A DNA stretch of 64,000 bases, from positions 5,117,190 to 5,181,189 of the forward strand of contig OZ037771.1 in NCBI GenBank assembly GCA_964035545.1, read 5' to 3'. The position numbers and the translations under genes were made by a program. The notes beneath the pieces are model-generated. The model had not been told where the DNA came from. It saw nothing but the letters and a program-made list of their open reading frames with translations, and searched no databases. This DNA comes from Bugula neritina (Eukaryota; Animalia; Bryozoa). Below are positions 13,201 to 25,200 of the stretch, piece by piece (the first letter of the stretch is position 1; the number at the start of each line of letters is the position of its first letter).

Positions 13201-16200
13201 TATAGATGCCCTCCCACCTGCAGAGCACCTAGAAGGAAAATTTCGTGTCTTATAAATAACATTTTCACTACAACCACATGTTAATATACATGCAGTTTAA
13301 CATCAAATATTATATAGTGGCATATTTTAGTTTTAAATCTTGGTTTCTCAAATCTTGAAACCATTTTGTGAATATTACTCTTTAATTTTTCCTTATCAAA
13401 GTTAAAAAAGTGGAATTACAACTTAAACTGAAGCTGAAAGTGAAGGAGTTATATAGAATTGTTACTTATGCTGTAGTAAACATATGCAGACAAGTTATAT
13501 ATTAATTACCAGTGTAACCAACTGTAACTATGCATTATAACTATTTATAATAGCATTCACAAGTGAAACAGCCCTCATAAGTCATAACAAAAAAACATCA
13601 TGTTATACAAATAGCATCATAACAACACTGCTGTGTTTTGTTTTTTATTCAAGCTGCAAACTCTGTTTTGCCGATGTAAAGCTATCGACTTATGCTATGC
13701 AGATTTAAATAGACTTACTGTCACTCGGTAACACAGTGGTAGCATTTCCTTCAAGACTTGAGCCTGCTGCGTTTATTGCAGTCACAAAACAAGTTGCTTC
13801 TTTTTCATCACCAAAATCTTCACAGATTTCAACAGAGCTTGTGTTTCCATCAGTTGATGTATTCCAGCCCATTGAAGAACATCTATACTACATCATATTA
13901 TTGTGTCATATATAAATATTTTCATATATGCTACATATTTAAAGTATCATGATCTTGTGGTCTCATTCCGTTTATTACACACACATAACAATTGTGAATA
14001 ATTATGTTTTCTTTAAATGCCAAGTGCTTTTTCATCAAGGTAACAATTAAGCTGTTTAAATGTGGCTGTAGATGTCATAGCCTAAACTGGTAAATAAAGC
14101 ATATGATGAAAGCCATGCATGTATCGGTTTCTCATTTTTGGTCAAAGTTAAGATATACATTCAGTCAAATGTAATCAATAAGCAGAAATCAAGTAACTAA
14201 AGTGCAGCAATGAATAGGATGTCTCTTGAACAACTTTGCTTAGACGAAAGCTATCAATAACTTATACATCTGCAACTGTTCTCTGGTTGAGACAAATAAA
14301 ATTTACTAAAACAACTCAAAGAAGTTTAAAGTCACTATCCCTGTGGTAACTCCTAATGAAAATAAATTTTTAAAGCAGGCTGTGGACTCATTCAAATGTG
14401 GTGCAGGAACAACTATGACTGGATGCTTTTGGCTTTTACTGGAGTTCAAACCATGACCTTGAGTTTACTAGGCCAGTGCTTTAACCCCCTGAATCAATGC
14501 TTTTCCCTTAATGATAAAATTTGAAAATTTAAATAAAAGTACCCATAATTATTAAAAGATTCATGTTTGAATGTTTAAATGTTTAAATGTTTGCTCACAT
14601 CTTTAATTTTATTAGTGATTTTTCTATATATAGAAGTTTGTTTTAATAGATAACTGGGTACCAAAGATTATAAAGCATATACAAGCAGTTCATTGTTACA
14701 CATAGAAAGATATAAACAAGATACACAGAAAAAGTTATAATTAGGATAAAAATAGAAGTATGGAAACAGCTAGTGTTCGGACTGACCATGTAGCTAGTTA
14801 TTTCTCCTCCAGGAAACAGAGGAGGTCCCCAGGACAAAGTTAAACAGCCTGAGGCTTGTGCACTAAGTGACACGTTGGTTGGTGCGTGCTGTGGCACTGA
14901 AACAAGTTAGTCAAGTCATGAGTCATGCTTTTGGTAACATACTACTAAAATATACTTCTGCTATGAACTAACAATTAAAAAAAACATTTGATTACCCAAC
15001 GAATTATTTTAGGTAAACATGGCACAGGTAAAAATGACAAGGTAATAATAGTACAGGTAATGATGGCACAGGTATAGTAAGGGCACAAACGGAAAAGTAA
15101 GAAAAAATGGTACACTAATGTTAAACTTTCCCAAACCCCAAACTCAAACCCTCAACCTTAAAATCCCAACCCCAAACTCAAGTCTCCATTCCCAAACCTA
15201 AACTTCCATCCTAAACATCCAACCCCACCCTAAACGCTAATATTGAAAATGTGCCATTTTTACCTACATTGCCATTTGTGTCATTGGTTTATTTATTGGT
15301 CTCTAATAAATAAACTACTCATTCAACTCGATCTCACAGTTAACTGTGCACCAACTAGTTTATACTTTATCATTTTACTTTCTCCTAAAGTGCGTGTTTG
15401 CTTACAGAGTTCTGGTGTCTGGAATGGTAGAACAGAAAACGAGGAAACATCAAAGTTGATTTGAGATGCAACTGAAAAGAGCAACTGCAGGTTTCCATCA
15501 ACAAAGACTGTGCAATAAGTTGTGCTAACTTCTGCTTTTATCTCTTCATTTACTTTGCAGGTATAGTTTCTGGTACCTACACAAATGGGAGGTGGTGGTG
15601 ATGCCCCGGAAGATTGAGTCACGGAAGACTGAATATTAGTTGGCTCCTGCAATGAGAAGTCAACTATGATAGTCTGATACATTTTATTCTTAGTTTTATT
15701 CCCCCAAGTTATCAGGCTAAATGATTCTTGCTTCTTTAACAAAAATATTATCTAAAATGTGGAATTACTATTATTTGTTTGAGCTAGCAGTAAATCAAGT
15801 CAGATTTTCATAAATACCGGTACTTCTGAATTCATACAATTGGTATTTGAAAAGCATATTGGTGTCGTACATTTTACAATTAAAAAACAATATATGTGGG
15901 GAGATAACTCTGCAATAGAAGTTTCAAAATGAATTGTTAACAGTTAAGTTCAGCAGCTCATAATTCAACTGTGTAATAAGAATGGTAAAAAAATTGCAGC
16001 AGATCGTGTGAATCGTAAGAGTAGCATTTCTCTTTCTCATGCACAGCTAAAGCTGTGAAAACTTTTACAAAGATCAATGGAGTCACTTAGCTATCATGGT
16101 TCAAAATATTTCGAATCAAACTCTAAATTAAAGAGTTAATTACAGAAAATCTGCAGACTACTTGTACAACAACCAGTAATAGAAGACAACTCTGTAAGTG

Positions 16201-19200
16201 AATTACTCTGTTACACTACCTCCCAAGTGAAGCCATACTCCCATCTTTTCCTTCCAGAGTTTTCCTTCTCCACAAAACTAGAAACTGTCAAATTTTTTGG
16301 TGGGTCTGAAAATAAATATATATTTTGCTAGTAACTTATTTAATATGTTATTTTAAATAAATTTCCATGAATGAATATTTTACAACTGCTTTAACTTGTA
16401 ATGAACAGCTTATAGATTTCATGTGAAAATAAAAAATTATGAAAATATTAATAGTAGCTCCATGGTTGCTTTTGTGCTCAAGTCAGTGCAAACTGGAACG
16501 AGAGAATAATTAAAGCTGGTGAAAAGATTTTGAGTTTTTGCCAGATTACTGTCTATTGTATACTATAGGAAAGCATTCCTTCATGTATTTATATGTGCTA
16601 ACTGTTTTCTATTGACACAACTTACCCACACAACTTAAAGTAGATGCGTAGAACACATATGGCTCTCCTAAACATGGAAATGTCTGCAAGAAACAAGTCA
16701 CACTAACTGTGTATGTTACTCCACTGTTTAACCCTGCAAATAACGCTAAACCATCACGGAGAGGATTATACAGTACCGTCTTGTTTGTTTTAACATCTCC
16801 TCCTTCTATTGCCACTATGAATCTATAAAAAAGAAATAATAGTTTGTTGTCAGATTGCTTTATTTAGGAGACTCACATTCTAGAACTATTATAAAAATAT
16901 ATAGGCTATGCTTTCTACTCAATTTACATATGATGGAAACTAGAGGCCCAAGCCATGTGGCCTCAGACAAAAAAATCCCGCAATTTTATAGTCACTATCT
17001 CTGTGAGAAACTCCTGTTGGAAAGGGTTTTGGGCTAAGCGGGCTAAGGACTTATTTAAATTCATGAGGTACAAGAGCAATTATGACTGGATGCTGTTCCT
17101 AACATTATATATACCAACAGCATTTGTCCGGGTTCGAATCCACGACCTCCTGTTTACTAGGGAAACGCTATAACCCCTAGACCACGGCTGCTCCCTAGTG
17201 TGACCTCAGATGGCACACATATGATATTTTGCAACTAACTATTTTGATGTAAGCCAACAGTTACTTTTTTGTTATATAAGTTGGTACTTATGCAGAAGAT
17301 GTAAACAAGAGGCTTGTTTATTGTAAACACTGTACATAGTATACAGCGCTCCCTTCGTAACTCACAAAATCTTCTAAGAAGAACTTGAATCCCGTTTTGT
17401 GGCTTATGTATGTGTGTATAGGAACAAAATGGCGGTATCTTACAATTCCGTGGGTTGAATCAGTATTCTGCTACGTAACGAAATAAGGTTTTGGAATTCG
17501 TAGCTCAGTGAGATACGGAAGGAGCACTAGTTGCTTGAACACCCACCCTGTTTTAACAGCTTGCTCTATTGTGGGCTTGTTCCATTGGCGAAACTGAACA
17601 ACAAAGCCATTGTGACGACTTTGTTGAAGCCCACCATTTAAATTATAGTTTAGACTTGGTAATTCTAAAAATGAAAACAATAAGTCAAAAATGGTAAAAT
17701 ATTGTGCGATTTTATTTGCGTAAGCATATTGATGTGTGCATAATAATTAGCCTTAGTTGTTATTGAAATTGTTACCAAAAACTATACTATCTACATGAGA
17801 TATAGTGAGCAACAAAAGCATGTATTGAAACAGTAACTTCCTATAAACTTTATTTTCATTGTTCTGATTGATAGGCGGATTCGACTGTATTATTAGATTA
17901 TTGAGAACAGAATGAAACTATTACCAAATGAGGTAGCCTGTGGTATTCATTTGACCAAATGAAAAAAGTCTTTTAATTATAACTGATATAAATATTTTAC
18001 AACTGTTACTGCAAACAGCAATAATATGCTATAAACAAAATATGAGTTTGAGCCTCTTTTATGAGTTATAAGATATGGCTGGAATGCAGGTAGATTTAAA
18101 AAAGAAAGTATGATTTGATTCTTTTATTAATCATAGCTTTTGATAGCTCAAATATTATCCAACTTCTTTAGTTTACAGAATGTTTCTGTAAACTAAGACA
18201 TTGCGGAGGAATAAAATAAATTGACTTTGACAATTTAAAACAATGTGTAACTTTAAGCTACTAGTACGATTAATTTTTTTTAAATTAATAAAATTGTAAT
18301 GTCCTAAGCTATGGTTATTAATAAACATAATTTACTAGAAATCAATGCAGAGTGAATAGAGTAAAGTACTAACTAAAACTTCACTAATATCAACTCTGTT
18401 TGCTGACATTATAAAGCAACATATTATTGCGCATAACAGTTGGAGAAATAATTTAAACCGATTTTCTTTTTTAAAGATGAATTTTCTGTGAAAATTAAGC
18501 TTCATATGAATAAGTTTTAGGAAGATATGGTTTGCTTAGAAGCAATAGTGAAGAAATTGAGATAGCCTAAACTCTTTAATTTTTTAAACAGTTTCAGTTT
18601 GGGGCGCAGGTTGAAGCTCTTTCAATTAAAAGCATAAGTCTTATTTTGCTACAATTCTAATCTAGAACACAAGCTTTTCTCAAATTCTCCATTACTGCAC
18701 CTACCTGATGTGGTTAGTCATTAAATTTAGTAAGAATCTATCTGAATAACAAAAACATGGTGATTGTCACAAAGACTGTGATATGTCATAATTATGATCA
18801 ACTAAGTAAAGTAATGATACGGTATAATGTTGTGTTGCGTTTTACTATTTGTTGAAAAAACAATGAAGTTTTAATTTGCAGGAATTATAGATTATTTATG
18901 TACAAAGTAGTCGCATACCACATACCATAACCAAAAATGCTGACATCCTTAACATCGACACCACCGGACTGCGCCAAAATACTAAACTGTCTGACCAATC
19001 GGATTAGAGGTGGAGATTCACATTGAACTCGATGGAAGGAGTTTGCATCTAATCCAAGCTTTGACCAGCAGTCTTCCCAGAAAGTTGAATCTGAAACATC
19101 GTTGGGAGGTTCCATTCCTTCATCATCTCTAATTCGGAAATGTAAGCTATTCATTCCACCTCCAACTGCATATTATTAAATGATGTCTATGAATGCGTAG

Positions 19201-22200
19201 TTTTACATGTACAGGTAAGTGATTATTATGGTAGTCGTAGAATAACTAAACTGCACCAGGAATACGTTAGTATTTTTTAAAAATGCTTCGAGATATTTTT
19301 CAACGTAATAAACAAATCAATTGGTGTGATTTTCAAGTTATACCACATAAAATACATTATAATAAGGAATTTGTGCAGATCTTAACTCAATCTATTATTA
19401 TAAGACAATTGCTGACTGTGTTTTGTTGAACAATCTTACCATTAATAATACAATAAACAAACACCATGCCTTCTTCTAGTCTTATTCTGAGCCACTGATC
19501 ATTATGGTTAGAAGTAACTGCTGAAGTCAGGTGGTTTTCATCCACTGCACAGTAAGGGTTAGTCTGACATGCATTGCCTTCAATACTGCTTTGGTCCACC
19601 ACTTGGTAAAGAGCAAAATTTCTTCCTATGAAAAATATCAAATGAAGGAAAGATACTTGAACTTGAGTATATTATCAAATTTATCAAAAACAATTATTAA
19701 ATAATTTTTATAGAATTATAGCTACAAATAATTATTTTCAAGTAGCTTACTTTGTAAATAGAATTCAATTTCTTGAATAAAAACCACTCGAATACCAGTA
19801 GTTATGGTGATTCCAACGTGCCGAGCTTCAACAGCATGATGGAGCTGCATGATCATAATATCTTTATTGGAATCAATCTCAGCCACCATCACCCACCTGT
19901 CACGGGTGTCACCCACGTCACCAACATTGACCTTTTTAGTGACATATCCTTTGATAGTAGTTGGCTTGCGAGCTGTACAGATACAAACTCTACTGTATGA
20001 ACATGTGCTATGCAGTGAGTAAAGCTAGTATATGCTGAAGTATATTTCAGCTTTGTCATTCTAACATTCTGTATACAGACTGTATTTACTTAAAGCTTTT
20101 AGTTAGTATTTTGGTTTACAGATTACTTTACCAATTTCTTGAATGAAAATTTTTTGTTTAGTTTTGCAAATATTCAACTCAAAGAAAATTGCAGATGTTA
20201 TTTCAAAATTGGGCTAAAATTTCAAACTCTAAAGTTTCTGCTAAAAAATCACATTAACAATATTTATACAACCTGAGTGACTAATTTTATATAACATTTC
20301 TCTTGCAACACATAAAGCTAATTTTTGAACTTTCAGTTTTTTATATGTTTACAGTGACTGAAATTATAATATGAATAGTTTTGAATGGTAAAAAATTGTT
20401 TTAAAAAAATTTGTTAGTAATTTTTAGAATAAAGGCTAAAGAGGCATTTCCAAAATAGTTCGGTTTTTTTTCGAAAAATAAATTAAACTTCCATAAACTC
20501 ACCTGCACTTAGACGGTTGTAAAACTCCATTCTGTCAAACTTTTGGATTTCGCTAAGGTCTACTCTAATCCAATGATCATTATTTGATGCCGTTACACTG
20601 AAACTAGCAAAGCCCACCAACTTTCCATCCACAGCCTTATCAGCACCTTGCGTCGCAGTTCTCTCTGAGCTTAAAGTTGCATCTTTTCCACTAACCAAGT
20701 TTTTATTGGCTAAAGTTACAATTATTGGATTCATAAAGCAATTCATCAATTTGAGATGTTAGCAAGCTTTTGGAACTACCCTATGCTTTTCCGGTCAACT
20801 TCTAGTAGAAATAAAACAAAATTTTCTTTTATTCATAACAAATAAAAATTTATAGGTAGTGTGTTTAGAAATTATGTAGTGATATTTAAAATACTGTTTT
20901 ATTTGTGTAATTTGCATTAAAGTGCTTTTAATTTGTTTGATATAGCTCTTCATGTTTGTAATAGAAATGTATTGTAGTGAATTTTGCCAGTTCACTATTA
21001 TTATTTGTGGGTCTACTTAATCAAAGCCACTGCGACAGGTTGTTTACGATAAGATACTTTATTATTTACACAAATACAAGAAGGTTATTTACTGCTAGCA
21101 TGAATAGAAAACGATTACATAATTAGTGAGCTTTAATACACAACTGTTCTAAATGAAGTCCCAAGCTGCTCTGCCGGCTAGCTACTCAGCGCACTGCAAC
21201 TACGAGTAGCTAGCTCCACCTGCTATCAATTAGTGTCACTGTCCTGATTGGTGGCTACTAATGGTGCCACTGCTGTCCATAGTTACACTCCGACAGTGTC
21301 GAACTCACAAGATACATAATCAATATAGAGTAAACCTTTTCGATTAATACAATAATACTTGCACCACTAAAATCTACCACACTCGCCACACCTATCGAAA
21401 AGTACACTCTACGATTGATGCACATAATCTCAAAAAAATAACAAAAGGAATAAAGGTAAAATAAAACAAAAAGATCAAAACCACCAGGAATGAGAGAACA
21501 CAAAATATGTATTCAAAACGATGTCCATGTTGTACACGATCGATCCGGGTCAGTCACAGGGTAGGGGGGGGGGGGGGTCTCTTCACCAAATGATGTAGGG
21601 TAGCATGAACTTAGTGAGAAGGAGATGTACTGCTTCACACTCGTCTAGTCGAAGCCAAGCGATGGGGGAATCGATGAGTCCCCAGAAGAATCAAGCGTGG
21701 CAAAGGAGTCTCTCCCAAAGGGGGGAGAGAGCGGAAGGAATCTCCCCAAAGGGGGGGAAGATGGAGGGGGGGTTGACTGATCTCTTCACCACCAACGTCT
21801 ACCTCGTCGCCGTCGAATTCCCAAAAGGAAGATAGGGAAGACTTCTTCTTCTTAACTTCTATTTTTAACTTCATGCAGGAATCTTTAATATTACTTCTTC
21901 TTCTTAACTTCTATTTTTACTTTTTAACTTCATGCAGGAATCTTTAATATCACTTCTTCTTCTTAACTTCTATTTTTTTTACTTTTTAACTTCATGCAGG
22001 AATCTTTAATATTACTTCTTCTTCTTAACTTCTATTTTTACTTTTTAACTTCATGCAGGAATCTTTAATATTACTTCTTATTAGGATGTAGCCACAGGAG
22101 AGAAGAGGGAAGAGCTACTCTGCCTATACCGGAACGTGATCGCCAGAGGAGGGGAGGAAGGAGCTACGTGCCAGTTGTCTCTGGCACTTCTGTTATGACA

Positions 22201-25200
22201 GCCCTCAGTCTGCTGTCATGTCGCTACAAGAATCTAGTCAAGCAGCCAGCAGTTGAGATGAATAATGTGACTGCGCTATGCCATGAGAAGGAATTTGGCC
22301 CCGCCATTCCAGTCTCACCTGCAACAGAATGCCAACAACTGTTGAAGGGGTTTGCACCTGTCAGTACGACACCTCGACTGAGTCTCGCAATCACTAACCA
22401 CTGATTAATAATTATTCATGTGGTCGACCGCCCCACTCAAGTCGTCAGTGAATCACCTGACTTGGGAAATCAACTTTATCGTTATGATAGAGCGAGACTG
22501 ATTTAGGCTACCAGCTTGAATTCTACTTAAATAATAGAATTATACTAGTAGACTTACCATAAGACAGCCCTGACTTTAGTCTGCTGCCCACTTAGGCTAC
22601 GTAGTGCGCCAGCCTGCCAAGTACATGCGTGCACGTTGGCAGTTGAATCAGAAAAGAACGCTTTCCGCAGTGAAATTGATTGTATAACACCCCTTTCACT
22701 AGCGAGCTGACTTCGTTCATTTCTTACCCCCGGTGGTGTTTTGTGTCACACCACTGGGGTAGGCAACTCACAATTGCGTCTCCTTATACCTTGGAAACGC
22801 AACTCTCAATTGCTCGTCCCCCCAGATTTCTTTTATGATAGCAGATGGATGTTTTTCCACTGCATCACACAAGAAATCTTTTAAATAAGATGGAGGCGCC
22901 CTAGTGCGTTGGCTACGCTCCAAATTCAGGGGAAAATTTGCTACGACTGGTGACTCTTCCACCACGGGTGGTGTCGCCAGTACGGGGGGGTCCACCAGTA
23001 CGGGTGGTCCCCCCCAGCTGCCTCTTCCTCATGATTTTGAGGAATTGCCATCTCATCCGGGACGATGGGCCTGTCGACCGGCTCCACAGGTGGTGGGGCC
23101 GGCTCCGACAGGTCTTCAGGTGTGTCGACCTCCTCTTCCTGGGGTGGAGGAGGTTGGGGCTGGTCGGCTGGCGCATCAGCCGCCCCGTCCTGGTCTGGCA
23201 GTATCTCCTCAATCTCTCGATATGCCATGGGTCGCCCCCTCATAGGAGGGCGCCTAGCTGGCTCTAAGAGAGGAGGTGCTTGACCTGCCGCCTCAGGACT
23301 TGCCCAGTGAGGTTTTAGCCGTGCCTCGTTCTGGACCGACACTTGTCCAGACCGTTCCACTTTGTATGTATGATTTGGCATTACCTCAATTACGCAGTAG
23401 GGACCTACGAACTTCGGCTGCAACTTGGCTGCCTGTCCGCGCCTGCGGCGATGACTGGTCATCCAGACCCAGTCCCCCACCTTGTATAAAAGTGGGTCGT
23501 CAGAGTCACCACTCCTGACCTGCCACTGCTGCTCACGTAGCACCTCGTGAGCCGTCCCCATGCGTTTTACGAGCTTGTCCACGTAGTCGTGGACATTGCT
23601 CTCTGGATTCGGAACATGATAGGTTACGTGCTCAGGAACCCTCGTTTCTTTCCCCAGCATGAGAAAATTAGGGGTCTCCAGTGTACTGGAGTGAGGGGTA
23701 CTACGGTACGCTCGCATGATCTGCGGCAACACCAAGTCCCACTCTTTCTGGCTCCTACCGATAAGCAGGCTTCTCAGAGAGTCCCCTAGCATTCGGTTGT
23801 TCCGCTCCACGACCCCGTTCCCTTGCGGGTGATACGGGGTCGTCCGACTCTGGTTTACCCCCCACATTCTACAGAGATCGCTCATAAGTTGCGACTGAAA
23901 CTGGGCGCCCTGGTCAGAGTGTATCTGCTCCGGCAAGCCGAAATAGCAGAACACCTGTTGATTCAGAGCTCTGGCCACCGAGGGGGCCGATGCATCTGGA
24001 ATAGCCAGTGCATCAGCCCACCGCGTGAAATGGTCAGTTAATACCAGTATCCAGTTATTACCTCTCGCTGTAGTGGGCATGGGGCCTACCAGATCGACAG
24101 CAACCACCTGCCACGAACGACCGGCATGGAGGCGACGCCTCCCTGCGGTCTCAGTGGGGCGGCCATGCTTGCTAGCTTGGCACACCTCGCACTTCCGCAC
24201 CCGGAGTCGGACATCCCGGGTCATACCGGGCCAAAACCACTGGAGTTGAAGACACCTGATCACCCGGCTAGCTCCTGCGTGAGCTTGCTTATGGGTGTCC
24301 CAGATCAACTCCCGCCGCAGAGCTGACGGGCAGACTACCCTCTCTCGTTCACTGCGATTGGTGCCGACTGCCAACGTGATCGTTAGCAGCCCATCGCTGT
24401 TGAACCTTAGGGAGTCCCAGCGGTCACAGAAGTACCTAAACTCAGTACTCTTCACTCGCTGTTCGGCCTCACTCGGCCGCCGTCCCTCCTTCTTGGCCCG
24501 GACTAGCTCAGCTACCACTCCTGGTAGCGTGGACTGGAGCCGACATAGCTCCCTGACGTTCCGAAGCAACGTGGGGTTTGCGTGAAGGTTGTTAACAGCT
24601 TTGTTGGGTGATTCGGACAGGAGTTGCCCTTCTTCCCAGCTGTACACACCCGCTTTCCCCAACTGCGCTTCGACGTCCGAGCGAGGGGGTCCACCGTCCC
24701 TGCGCTCGATATTCTGGCATTGCTTACACCCATCTGCCTGGCGGCGGCTGAGTCCATCTGCATTACCGTGTTTCTTACCGGGTCGATGCTCGATCCGATA
24801 AGAAAACTCTGCCAGGATCTCTAGCCAGCGCGCCACTTGGCTGGATGGTTCTGCCCGTCGACACAGCTATATCAGGGACGCATGATCCGTCCGAAGCCGG
24901 AATGTGCGCCCATATAGATATGGTCTAAAGTGTTTAACCGCCTTGACTACTGCCAAGAGTTCCCTCCTGGTTGTACAGTAGTTCTTCTCAGGCGCCGACA
25001 GGGCCTTGCTATAGTAAGCCACCACCACCTCGCGACCATCTTGGACCTGCGATAGCACAGCCCCCACATTATGGTTACTGGCATCAGTATCCAAAATGTA
25101 CTCCTTTGCAGGGTCAGGATACGCCAAGATGGGTGCCTCCACCAGGCGATCCTTCAGGTGGTCAAATGCCTTCTGCTCAGCCTGCGTCCACTGCCATCGC

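Noticed and set aside
17100-17194. Possible functional tRNA-Thr gene
   Set aside because: Stems are degenerate and it is fused to a dispersed repeat body, so it is a SINE head
21258-21503. 81-aa hydrophobic minus ORF as a possible env remnant
   Set aside because: Runs into the LTR, reflects T-rich composition, and has no env features
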